Notes: a model not told the origin generated them from the letters alone. A stretch of DNA of 64,000 bases from Escherichia coli (GCA_029351405.1 GCA_029351405.1_4841.1), one strand, 5' to 3'. Shown: positions 43,866 through 52,126, counted from the stretch's first letter. Numbers and translations: made by a program.

Positions 43866-44207
43866 TTGTATGTATCCTCAAAATATAGTGGGGGTTCAAG
43901 TCATGTTTGACGCAATCTAGTATCGCTGTGTTTTGCTTATAGAACAAGTGGCAAATTGCGCTACGCGTTATTAATAAATGCCTTCGGCATTTATGGACTT
44001 TATTAAAGATAATAACCTTTATTAATCCTATTCGCTTCGCTCATAAAACAAATACTCGTTGTTCGCTAACGCTCACAACTCGTATAATACCACGCCGTTG
44101 TTCAACAAGAAAGCAGTTTTTATTCAACAGCAAAAATAATTTATTTGGTCTAAACATGCACGCGAAATAATATGTATGTCATGTTAACCAACACACGAGA
44201 GTAATAT
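43866..44207. other. 342-bp AT-rich divergent control region (largest non-coding tract in the window)
   Basis: Contains hairpin AAATGCCttcgGCATTT (43974-43991), three TTTATTAA repeats, direct repeats TTCGCTtCGCTCAtAA / TTCGCTaaCGCTCAcAA, two CGTTGTTC copies, and plus-strand promoter-like TTGTTC-N18-TATAAT and TTGGTC-N17-TAATAT. Confidence 0.6.
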
Positions 44208-44552
44208 ATGAAACAGTTCGTAGGATTATACGCAGTTGGGTGTAGTAAGCCAGACGCCAACACCCCAGTTTATCTGACACAGCTGGCGTCAGACAAGAAC
44301 TTACCATCGGAACCGCGATTTGTCCCCCTTGGCTTGATGACAGGCCTGAAAGTTGGTCTGTATGTCGGCGTTGTGACGTTTGAAAACGGCATCGAAGCGA
44401 AGGTTCTGCCATTCAAATTGGGTAGTGAACAAATGCTGAAGGATACGATCAGTGAACACCTGAACTCACAATGTCTGGCTTCTCTGGATAAATTGTTCGG
44501 CGTAGTATCTGATGAAGGCGAGGCCACCCCCGCCTATGTGAATCAAGATTAA
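44208..44552 (+). CDS. hypothetical protein (114 aa), plus-strand island
   Basis: ATG with a weak SD (GAGAG). Its stop overlaps the convergent uvsW stop by 4 nt. Confidence 0.5.
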   Translation: MKQFVGLYAVGCSKPDANTPVYLTQLASDKNLPSEPRFVPLGLMTGLKVGLYVGVVTFENGIEAKVLPFKLGSEQMLKDTISEHLNSQCLASLDKLFGVVSDEGEATPAYVNQD

Positions 44553-46057
44553 TCGTGATTACCCAGCGCCACCTTCATGAACTCCACAGGGTGGCGCTCT
44601 GCCAGGTAAAACTTGTAACGCTCATGAGAGTGCCTAAGAGCGTGGTTCGTGCTGGCGTTATACGATGCATCATCAACTAAGTCCCATATCCACGCAACGT
44701 CCTTAGAGGAGTGCTGACGCATCAGACGACCCAATGTCTGTATGACGCGGATATATGACTTGCTCGGGTGTGCCAGTACAAGGTGGTGCAGCTTCTTGAT
44801 TGACACACCCTGCTGCATTGTTCCGTATGATGCTAACAGGGTGATGTCCTCTCCATCCTCCATCGCTTTCTGTATGCGACGGCGGTCTTCTATCTTCACT
44901 TCCCCGTTGATGACAAACACGTTGGGCTTGACTGCGCTCAGCATATCATACACGACCATCATGTGACCATCAATACGCTCGAACATGATGGCCACGTTTC
45001 CTTTCAGATTCAGTGCCATCTTGGCGATCAGTTCGTTGCGGGACTGGTGTGTAATAAGGTATTCTATTTCCTTGGAATAATCCCCGTCCAGACCAACGGC
45101 ATCCGCCGGAGTGTGCTTCAGCTGAATCATCTTCACTTTGATGTCAGTGGCGTACCCGAGATTGATAAGGTCGCGAGCCGTGATGATCTTATGGTACGCC
45201 CCGAAGTGAGCCACCACCTGAAGCCCGGCAACTTTGGTGTTCGCCAGCGTACCTGTAACCCCCAGGCGCTGGTCGGCATAGATGCAGTTGTTTAGGATGT
45301 AAGACAGTTTATCAGACTTGGAGGTGTGCACTTCGTCCACCACGATATCACCGAACTGGTGGAACCATTCCTTCGGCTGGTCTTGAATGCCTTGCCATGT
45401 ACTGATGACGATTGGTTTGCTGATCTCCTTTGTCGCGCCCTCAAAAATCAGCTGGGTGTTAGCAACGGGCTTCCAATCACTGCCATGAGCATACTCTTCG
45501 AAGTTGTCGTACAGCTGAGTGACTAGGTGGATTGACGGCACCACGATAAGCGTCTTCAGAGGACTTTCGAGAGCTTCTCTGCGCCGCCTGTAGTACCGCG
45601 CCATGACATACAGAATAAAGGACTTACCGGCACTCGTAGCCAGTTCACAGACGCATCTGGTTTGACGCATAGCCTTGGCGATGGTGTCGTACTGGTAGTC
45701 ACGAGTCTCGGCATCGATATATTCGTGATTTTCGGTGCGGATCTTTGGATGCAGACTGTCGATGAAGTCACGGATTTCTTCATCTGGGATTTCCTGAATG
45801 TACTTCAGTGTCGGATCCAGTTCAATTGTGTATCCGTTGTTCTTACAGAACTTAAATACCTCAAACAGCAGACCGATATCGATTAGACCAGATGACTTGG
45901 TAAATAGGCGGACAACCCCGTCCCATTTAGAGAAGGGGTTGGGAACGAAGTTCGGGTCTTCGAATTTGAAGTAATCATTAAGTTCTTCCCTGATAGAAAG
46001 ATCTGCGATGCAACGCATGCGGACTTCGTTAACCTTAACAATCTGAATGTCTGCCAT
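44549..46057 (-). CDS. uvsW: UvsW-like SF2 DNA helicase
   Basis: FKFEDPNFVPNPFSKWDGVVRLF, ATSAGKS and WQGIQDQPKEWFHQFGDIVVDEVH closely parallel T4 UvsW (FSFEADGYRFNPRF..NWDGRIRLL, PTSAGRS, WQTVVKQPKEWFSQFGMMMNDECH). ATG at 46057 with SD GGGAG. Confidence 0.88.
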   Translation of the reverse strand: MADIQIVKVNEVRMRCIADLSIREELNDYFKFEDPNFVPNPFSKWDGVVRLFTKSSGLIDIGLLFEVFKFCKNNGYTIELDPTLKYIQEIPDEEIRDFIDSLHPKIRTENHEYIDAETRDYQYDTIAKAMRQTRCVCELATSAGKSFILYVMARYYRRRREALESPLKTLIVVPSIHLVTQLYDNFEEYAHGSDWKPVANTQLIFEGATKEISKPIVISTWQGIQDQPKEWFHQFGDIVVDEVHTSKSDKLSYILNNCIYADQRLGVTGTLANTKVAGLQVVAHFGAYHKIITARDLINLGYATDIKVKMIQLKHTPADAVGLDGDYSKEIEYLITHQSRNELIAKMALNLKGNVAIMFERIDGHMMVVYDMLSAVKPNVFVINGEVKIEDRRRIQKAMEDGEDITLLASYGTMQQGVSIKKLHHLVLAHPSKSYIRVIQTLGRLMRQHSSKDVAWIWDLVDDASYNASTNHALRHSHERYKFYLAERHPVEFMKVALGNHD

Positions 46058-46085
46058 ACAAAATCTCCCAAGGATTATGGGGTAT

Positions 46086-46832
46086 TTAGTGATCCGGCCA
46101 GACTCCGTTTTGTTCTTTATCCATGCGATGATACAGACGAACACGCTCAAACATCTTTGTCAGAATGTCATCACGGTTGAACTCAATGATGGTTGGTAGA
46201 GGGGAAGACTCGTTGGCAATCACGTTGATGAGGCGGGTGATCTTGACACCGAACATCTGCTGGAACATGACCGAATATAAACACAGCTGGATACTGTAAT
46301 CCTCGATCATGCCCCGCGTCTTCATAGTGTTCGATGTCTTGAAGTCGATGACAGCAGGTTTACCCTCATAAACCCCGATAAGGTCTACACGACCTGCAAG
46401 ACCAAGCACCTCGCTATATAATGGGATCTCCTGAGCATAGATCTTTGTCATCTTGTTCAGGTAAGGGAACAGCTGCTTGAACATGAACATGTATTCGCCA
46501 GCCGCTTCCAACACTTCTTTCATTGGGCGGTTCTTTAGATACAGTTCACACGCAAGGTGCAGCTTCTCCCCTCGGTCAGCACAGCGCATGGTCTCAAGAT
46601 CAGCGGCCTCTGCGCCCAGCTTCTTCCTCCAAGACTCAAGCCATTCATGATCTCCAGTGCGTCCCAGCATAGTCGTGACGGATGTCAGTTTAACACCAGA
46701 CGGTGAAACGTAATGACGACCATTCTCCGTCGTAACACACTCCAGTTCCTTGTAAGGAAGTTCGTATTGCTGGAATGTGTAATGACGGTTTTCGAAGTCA
46801 TTCAGCTTGCGTAGATCCTGGAGAGATGCCAT
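46086..46832 (-). CDS. PD-(D/E)xK exonuclease (RecB/Cas4/lambda-Exo-like)
   Basis: GRVDLIG, AVIDFKTS and QLCLY supply the D, D/ExK and QxxxY motifs. Confidence 0.65.
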   Translation of the reverse strand: MASLQDLRKLNDFENRHYTFQQYELPYKELECVTTENGRHYVSPSGVKLTSVTTMLGRTGDHEWLESWRKKLGAEAADLETMRCADRGEKLHLACELYLKNRPMKEVLEAAGEYMFMFKQLFPYLNKMTKIYAQEIPLYSEVLGLAGRVDLIGVYEGKPAVIDFKTSNTMKTRGMIEDYSIQLCLYSVMFQQMFGVKITRLINVIANESSPLPTIIEFNRDDILTKMFERVRLYHRMDKEQNGVWPDH

Positions 46833-46847
46833 TATGTGTGATCCTCG

Positions 46848-47300
46848 TTATACACCATCAATATATTTTCTCCACTCAATAGCATTTTTCACTTCGTATC
46901 CCAGTTTGTTCAGGCGATCCAAACAAGTCTCTATGAACTTGACTTTTGCTTTTTGTTCTTGTAACAGAACAGACAACTCCACATAGTCATCGTCTGCTTT
47001 GACCCATGTATCCAGGTCAGACTTCAGGGGGCGAACCTTCAGGGGGCGCTCTGCGTAGATGTTAGGGGGTAACTCCCCTGCATAGTAGCGGCGCAGATAG
47101 AGATCGATCTGGCGGAAGCGTCCGTTGAGAAATTCAAGATAACGCCCCTCGCGCAGATAATGCCGCTGTACAGCCATCCAAGAGCGCCCGATTTTCAGCG
47201 AGATCTGGTCAAGGTTCATGTCTTCTGGGTCCACTGTGATCAGCGGCTCCAGTTCGTTCATGATGTCCTCGGTAGCCATTGTCTGTAGTTGTTCTTTCAT
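46848..47300 (-). CDS. uvsY: recombination mediator UvsY-like
   Basis: 150 aa. The W..Q..Y...LRRYYAGE and C-terminal GYEVKNAIEWRK pattern parallels T4 UvsY (RLDYYSGRG, GFAIKHIQDMR). Next to uvsW as in T4. Confidence 0.6.
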   Translation of the reverse strand: MKEQLQTMATEDIMNELEPLITVDPEDMNLDQISLKIGRSWMAVQRHYLREGRYLEFLNGRFRQIDLYLRRYYAGELPPNIYAERPLKVRPLKSDLDTWVKADDDYVELSVLLQEQKAKVKFIETCLDRLNKLGYEVKNAIEWRKYIDGV

Positions 47301-47330
47301 AAAATATCCCAGCTTGTCAATGTCATAGAA

Positions 47331-47843
47331 TTATACCGCATTTCGTGGATTAGAATCAATCGCCTTCCCACCAGATAGTGGAACCAGCTGTTGGAACTTG
47401 AAGGTCACTGTCGTCACCAGCTGAGGTACAGCCGCGTCTACGTCCACCAGTACGTTGTCCAAAGCAGTCGGGCGGGCTTCCTCCAGCACGAGAGTGAGGC
47501 CAATCGGTCGGTTGAGGTTATCCAGCAATTCAATGGTAATGTCCTTGCTGACAGGCAAATCCTTGCCGACGTTGCTGGTAATCCATTGGTGGATCTGTAA
47601 CCATGATTTCCAGTCCTCGTCTATAACGAAAGTAAATACGACGGGATCATAGGTTAAACGCTCTGAAGGTATAGAAACCAACACGTCACCAGGAGACGGA
47701 CCATCGATGCCTTCGGAGTACACCCCTGGTATACTGAAGTCGTGGATGTTACGGGTTAGGAGTACAAGGTCTCCGATAGTCAGACGCCACTTATCGGACG
47801 CCGCGAAATTAGGGTTTTCGTTCTTAAATTGTACGTTGGACAT
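47331..47843 (-). CDS. tail-tube-fold baseplate/tail protein (gp19/gp48/gp54-like)
   Basis: ATG at 47843 (MSNVQFKN). F..DKWRLTI...FSIPGV...YDPVVFTFVIDEDWKSW..IHQWI resembles the T4 tube-family N-terminal pattern. Confidence 0.4.
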   Translation of the reverse strand: MSNVQFKNENPNFAASDKWRLTIGDLVLLTRNIHDFSIPGVYSEGIDGPSPGDVLVSIPSERLTYDPVVFTFVIDEDWKSWLQIHQWITSNVGKDLPVSKDITIELLDNLNRPIGLTLVLEEARPTALDNVLVDVDAAVPQLVTTVTFKFQQLVPLSGGKAIDSNPRNAV

Positions 47844-47880
47844 AATAGCACCTTTACTGTGGAGATATTTTGTGACCCTG

Positions 47881-48522
47881 ATGCGCGGGATCAGTAGATT
47901 GTTGTTGGCATGCTCGATGCTCTTGTTTACGAGCTGTCGCATCTTTGTCACGCCAATAATTTCTGTTTCCGAACTCTGGAACCCAGAAGTGCGCACTGTA
48001 CCTGTGACGTTGTCGGCCAGCGTTCCCACTTGTAACAAGGGTATGCTGGACATCATCGTGCAAGAGTTCCAGCCCTTCCAGAAGCTCGTACCTTTAGGTT
48101 GCTTTGATGAGAACACGAGCACCCTCAAGCCATACTGGAAGACCACAATTCCTCTCCTGCGGCGTGGCGATGAAGGGAAGATTCCATACCTATCAGCAAG
48201 TATTTATTACTCTCAGAACAACAGCATCATTATCACCTTTAATCCATCATTCCATGCCAAGCTGAAGCAACACATAGTTGGGCGACTGGATACAACATCA
48301 GATATAATCGTGACGTTCAAGATCATGAATGACTCAGATAAACCAGTACGAATCGCAACTCAGGGTGTGTTCGTTAACAACGACGCGGTTGGAAATGGGA
48401 TGAGTATCTTTGAAGTTAACCCAGGGGGAACGATCTTGATCAGACTGAGTAATGTGGGTGTGAACTCCCTGCTGTTGGATGGCATCGAACCAGTGGGAGT
48501 TCTTCCGGCGCGGGAGCACTGA
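47881..48522 (+). CDS. predicted lipoprotein (213 aa) on the opposite strand
   Basis: MRGISRLLLACSMLLFTSC has an n-region, an h-region and a lipobox-like LFTS|C. The ORF fills the whole 47881-48522 gap, ending stop-to-stop against the next gene. No obvious SD. Confidence 0.5.
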   Translation: MRGISRLLLACSMLLFTSCRIFVTPIISVSELWNPEVRTVPVTLSASVPTCNKGMLDIIVQEFQPFQKLVPLGCFDENTSTLKPYWKTTIPLLRRGDEGKIPYLSASIYYSQNNSIIITFNPSFHAKLKQHIVGRLDTTSDIIVTFKIMNDSDKPVRIATQGVFVNNDAVGNGMSIFEVNPGGTILIRLSNVGVNSLLLDGIEPVGVLPAREH

Positions 48523-49251
48523 TTACTTCAGCGCGTTCTTCAGATTATCGGAACCGATGCTGTTGATGACACCTCCGGCGCAGATATCTTTCGCCCACTC
48601 TGAGATCACGTTGGCGAAAGAGAAGTTAAGACACTTACCAACCATGTCTTGGATATGGGCTAACTCTGCTGCAATACCGTTCGTGATGTCCTGAGCAATA
48701 GAGGCTACTGATGCGACAGCAGTGTCGATGGCCTGAGTAACTTCAGCGGCCAGTGCCTGAATAGCATCAAGACCAGCACTGACACCCTGAGCTACCAACT
48801 CAGCCAGCTCATTCATCTTGTTTGTGATAGTTGTGAGAACACTTTGCATTGTGTTGATCCACTGTTTGCCGAGGTTCTGAATAACCCCAAATGCATTATT
48901 GATCAGATCACAGTTGTTCGGTTCTCGACCTATAGACTTCAGGGCGGACTTATACGACACAGATGTACCGATGCGGGAATATGCCTCGTTCACTGACTGG
49001 TAGCCATAGTTGTTCAAAGTAGTGATGCTGTCGTTGGCTGAGTTGAACATTGCTGTAGATTCGTTGAGTTTGGCTGTAGTCAACCCACCTGCCGTCAGCG
49101 CTTCCTGAATCTGCGTATTTCCGGTGTTAGCCAGTGACGCTGTAGTCGCCTTACCACTGGTGATTAACCCCTGTGAGGCGCTGCTGAGGGACGGGAGAGG
49201 ATTGGTAAAGGCGTTGCCCTGCGATAGGGCGTCATAGATCTGTGCGTTCAT
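48523..49251 (-). CDS. hypothetical late protein (242 aa), helical
   Basis: CTAAATACCCC motif 29 nt upstream. Confidence 0.6.
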   Translation of the reverse strand: MNAQIYDALSQGNAFTNPLPSLSSASQGLITSGKATTASLANTGNTQIQEALTAGGLTTAKLNESTAMFNSANDSITTLNNYGYQSVNEAYSRIGTSVSYKSALKSIGREPNNCDLINNAFGVIQNLGKQWINTMQSVLTTITNKMNELAELVAQGVSAGLDAIQALAAEVTQAIDTAVASVASIAQDITNGIAAELAHIQDMVGKCLNFSFANVISEWAKDICAGGVINSIGSDNLKNALK

Positions 49252-49260
49252 AAGAAAATA

Positions 49261-49287
49261 CCCCCATGGATGATGGGGGGTATTTAG
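49261..49287 (-). terminator. composite late-promoter motif + terminator hairpin
   Basis: Minus strand reads CTAAATACCCCCCatcatccatGGGGGtattttctt, then the ATG at 49251. Confidence 0.6.
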
Positions 49288-49290
49288 GGA

Positions 49291-49461
49291 TCATGGTAGT
49301 TTGTAAACGAAGTTGGACCAGAACTTACGAACAAACTTCTTGACATAAACCATTCGGTTGGCGTATTCCCCATCCTTCAGGTCATTGTAGGTCTCGATCC
49401 CTACCGCGCCCAAGAAGTACGCCGTGAAGATATAGCAGAACAGATTGATGACGACAAACAT
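49291..49461 (-). CDS. small membrane protein (56 aa), below the ORF-track cutoff
   Basis: MFVVINLFCYIFTAYFLGAVGIETYNDLKDGEYANRMVYVKKFVRKFWSNFVYKLP. SD GGAG 7 nt upstream. Confidence 0.5.
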   Translation of the reverse strand: MFVVINLFCYIFTAYFLGAVGIETYNDLKDGEYANRMVYVKKFVRKFWSNFVYKLP

Positions 49462-49502
49462 GATGTATCTCCGCTGTGTGTACTCAAATTATTTATGATA
49501 TG

Positions 49503-49925
49503 TTACAAAAGACGCTTGGTCTTCGGCTTACCCATTAGAGTGATATCCACAGGGAGGCCAGCTTTCTTGCAACGGTTGATCATGTCCAGGGTGCCAGTGG
49601 ACGAACCATCCCACATCGCAATCGGATACACTTCCAGCTTGGTCTGCCTGACGAGATCCAATGCCTTGTCTAACATGTCCTGATTGCGTTTGTTGCCCAT
49701 CCCTTTCCCATACTTTTCATAATAGCTCGGAGGTATTGGCATAGGAGTGATATGAACATAATTGATTTCAGCCCAATCACGGCAAATCGTGTCGACACCC
49801 GTGGCCTCACCCTCAATCAGTGTATAGACCTCACGAGGATCCAAGAGTTCGTCCAGCTTGGCGAATACCTTATCCCGCTCGGTGATTGAGCGGGAACCCG
49901 TAATGAGAACGATATACTTCTTCAT
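49503..49925 (-). CDS. DUF2493 / SLOG-superfamily protein
   Basis: ATG at 49925. KYIVLITGSRSITE ... IEGEATGVDTICRDWA is the Rossmann-like SLOG pattern. Confidence 0.55.
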   Translation of the reverse strand: MKKYIVLITGSRSITERDKVFAKLDELLDPREVYTLIEGEATGVDTICRDWAEINYVHITPMPIPPSYYEKYGKGMGNKRNQDMLDKALDLVRQTKLEVYPIAMWDGSSTGTLDMINRCKKAGLPVDITLMGKPKTKRLL

Positions 49926-49929
49926 AGAA

Positions 49930-50250
49930 TCACAGCGCCCCAAGATTGCCGATTACGTACAGGGAGCACAGAGGAGTGCCTGACGAACGAGGTTCGATCG
50001 TCATCCCGCTCAGGCGGATCAGTTCCAGTAAGCCGTCAGTGGTCTGATACGCGCGTGTCGAACCGTTCGGTCGATATAGCTCCAGCTCAGTTCGCCCTTC
50101 CTTTATTGCATTGCGAATGCGAGTGAACACGCTGTGGTCGCCGAATTTCTGTTTCAGAATATCCAGTTTGGTGGTCAGGCGGCGACGCGATTTGCGCGCA
50201 CGAGGGTTCTCTTTTACGACCGCTTCTAAAATCGGGATGCTGTTAGTCAT
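49930..50250 (-). CDS. hypothetical basic protein (106 aa)
   Basis: ATG after AGAGGACTTTATC. Confidence 0.55.
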   Translation of the reverse strand: MTNSIPILEAVVKENPRARKSRRRLTTKLDILKQKFGDHSVFTRIRNAIKEGRTELELYRPNGSTRAYQTTDGLLELIRLSGMTIEPRSSGTPLCSLYVIGNLGAL

Positions 50251-50342
50251 GATAAAGTCCTCTATTTGTAGGGGATAGGGTATGCGGTTAACATACCCTG
50301 TTCAAAGGTTTAGAACAAATTGCTGCAATGTTACTTTGTAAC

Positions 50343-50426
50343 GAGAGTGGTGATAGTTCCTTCATTTCAGAGTCAGTGTTGTGCTGCTTATGGAATGAAG
50401 TATATGGGGTTTATTGAAGAAGTAAA
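50343..50426 (-). repeat. early promoter + leader cassette copy B (orphan: the ATG position is mutated)
   Basis: Minus strand reads TTTACTtcttcaataaaccccaTATACTtcattccataagcagcacaacactgactcTGAAATGAAGGAACTATCACCAC. About 80% identical to copies at 16078-16154 and 58961-59036, but CACCAC replaces ATCATG. Confidence 0.7.
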
Positions 50427-50451
50427 CCCCGTTTATTGAATAAATTTAAAT

Positions 50452-50688
50452 TTATTTGAAGCGATCAGGAAGGGTGTCGTGAACCTCGGCGCTCAGCACC
50501 AGAAACTTACCATCCGTCGTTGGGAAGCAATAGTCTTTCTTGATGTGACGCAAGTGTTCAGCTACAGCTGCCACGCAGTCATCTGTCACGTCGGTCTTCT
50601 CACCAACCCACATGCTGGTTTTAGTGTTCAACCTGCCCTGGAATATAGTACCAGTGAGAGGACTTGTGCCGATCTTTTTGATAATCAT
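50452..50688 (-). CDS. hypothetical protein (78 aa)
   Basis: ATG ORF 8 nt after the upstream stop. Confidence 0.5.
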   Translation of the reverse strand: MIIKKIGTSPLTGTIFQGRLNTKTSMWVGEKTDVTDDCVAAVAEHLRHIKKDYCFPTTDGKFLVLSAEVHDTLPDRFK

Positions 50689-50696
50689 GTTTGACC

Positions 50697-51140
50697 TCAG
50701 TTGTTAATGCGGAACAGTTGTGGATAACCACCTGGATGCCCTTCTCCGGTCACGAAGACCTCGTACCGGGCACCTTTAACCAAACCGGGCAAATTGCCTG
50801 AGTCGAGCAGATAGCGGATTTTATCCATAGTGTCCATCCAGGACTTAGCAGGTTCAGCTTCAGCCTCTCCACGATTGAGGACGAGTTCACCTTCAGAATA
50901 ATACTTCCCGCTGTCCTTCATGTAGTACAGCTTGATATGGATATACTGAGGGGATGGGACCAAACGCCAGCCGTCATCAATCAGATCCTGGCGATCATTA
51001 TCCAGGGACTGGTAATCGATCTCACCAGACGCCAGACCATAGCTGCGCATGTAGCGGAACTTCTCAACACGGTCTTTCACGTCAGAGATGAAGAACTCCT
51101 TCGCGGCTGGACTGATAAAAATGTATTTCTCTTTTGACAT
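50697..51140 (-). CDS. hypothetical early protein (147 aa)
   Basis: ATG at 51140 in the exact cassette TTGAAAGGAAGGAACTATATCATG. The upstream TGA lies inside the TTGAAA. Confidence 0.6.
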   Translation of the reverse strand: MSKEKYIFISPAAKEFFISDVKDRVEKFRYMRSYGLASGEIDYQSLDNDRQDLIDDGWRLVPSPQYIHIKLYYMKDSGKYYSEGELVLNRGEAEAEPAKSWMDTMDKIRYLLDSGNLPGLVKGARYEVFVTGEGHPGGYPQLFRINN

Positions 51141-51157
51141 GATATAGTTCCTTCCTT

Positions 51158-51382
51158 TCAAAGAATGATGTGTTTGTCGATATCGGACTGCGTTGCAATC
51201 TCCCAGCGGACGATGTTCTCGGTTGTGATGAAATCACGGTTCAGGTGAGAGGCTGGCACATACACCAATGTGTTGACCATGAAGTAGCGCTGCTCATTGT
51301 TCCAGGAGTCAACATAAGCCTCAATAAGGCACACTTCGATCACTTCGCCTTTCGGATTCTTCACAGTCTTTTTCAGATACAT
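51158..51382 (-). CDS. hypothetical protein (74 aa)
   Basis: ATG at 51382 (MYLKKTV). Confidence 0.45.
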   Translation of the reverse strand: MYLKKTVKNPKGEVIEVCLIEAYVDSWNNEQRYFMVNTLVYVPASHLNRDFITTENIVRWEIATQSDIDKHIIL

Positions 51383-51441
51383 GACACAGCCCTCGGTAGT
51401 AGACGGGGCAATAATACCTCTCACCCCGTTATTGAAAACTG

Positions 51442-51642
51442 TTATCCTTCTTGTTCTTCCCAACCCCATTCATCTTCCCAAGACTGGCGAGGGGTCTTGC
51501 CCGCTTCGTAATCATCACGCCAGGCGTCGGCGTCGGCGGCTGAACCGCCCTGGCTTTTCGCGACTTTGCACAATACGTCGTGCCACTCACGGAAAGTGGA
51601 GTTGGCGACTGTGGTGTTTACAGAATCTTCTTTCAGGCTCAT
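51442..51642 (-). CDS. hypothetical protein (66 aa) with an acidic/aromatic C-terminal tail
   Basis: ATG at 51642 with SD GAGGAAA. The tail is SWEDEWGWEEQEG. Confidence 0.5.
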   Translation of the reverse strand: MSLKEDSVNTTVANSTFREWHDVLCKVAKSQGGSAADADAWRDDYEAGKTPRQSWEDEWGWEEQEG

Positions 51643-51701
51643 TGTGATTTCCTCGATTAATAGAGAGGGTAATAATACCCTCATGCAATCTTTGAAACTC
51701 T

Positions 51702-52034
51702 TTATCCAGCCAAAGTCATATTCTGGGAACCAACCCCATCTTCACATTCTGGATGACATGAAGTGCCCAGTTTTTCATGGATCACATCCAGATGGGTAAA
51801 GATAGCGTCGATGATATCGTCTTGGTCAGACTGGACGTCAATCACCAAGCCGACCAGACCAGGCGCGGCCATTTCTTTATCTTCACCTTTCTGAGCGGTT
51901 GGGTAATCACCGTCGAGTTGGATACGGATGTTTCTGATATTAGTAAGGAGGTTGCACAAACGCTCTTTATGAGAACGAGCATTGACCAAGATTTGGGACA
52001 CGGATTGTGTTGGTGATACGAGGTTGCTTGACAT
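51702..52034 (-). CDS. hypothetical protein (110 aa)
   Basis: SD AGGAG, partly inside the hairpin at 52045-52080. Confidence 0.5.
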   Translation of the reverse strand: MSSNLVSPTQSVSQILVNARSHKERLCNLLTNIRNIRIQLDGDYPTAQKGEDKEMAAPGLVGLVIDVQSDQDDIIDAIFTHLDVIHEKLGTSCHPECEDGVGSQNMTLAG

Positions 52035-52044
52035 GATTTATACT

Positions 52045-52080
52045 CCTGTTGTATGGTTGACCGTACAAGCATACAACAGG
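52045..52080 (-). promoter_or_regulatory. perfect 11-bp stem-loop abutting a Shine-Dalgarno
   Basis: Minus strand reads CCTGTTGTATGcttgtacggtcaacCATACAACAGGagtataaatcATG. Confidence 0.6.
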
Positions 52081-52126
52081 CAGGTGTATTGAACAACGCG
52101 GGTATTAAATCGACACGATAAAGGAA

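Noticed and set aside
43885-43905. A tRNA-like T-loop string GGTTCAAGTC in the intergenic region.
   Set aside because: The flanks cannot form a T-stem or an acceptor stem, and no anticodon or D-arm can be drawn. No tRNA is supported anywhere in the window.
50320-50372. A 25-codon uORF (MKELSPLSLQSNIAAICSKPLNRVC) starting at the ATG inside the degenerate cassette copy B.
   Set aside because: It has no Shine-Dalgarno, and its ATG falls where the other cassette copies have TTGAAA. It is most simply a by-product of cassette decay.
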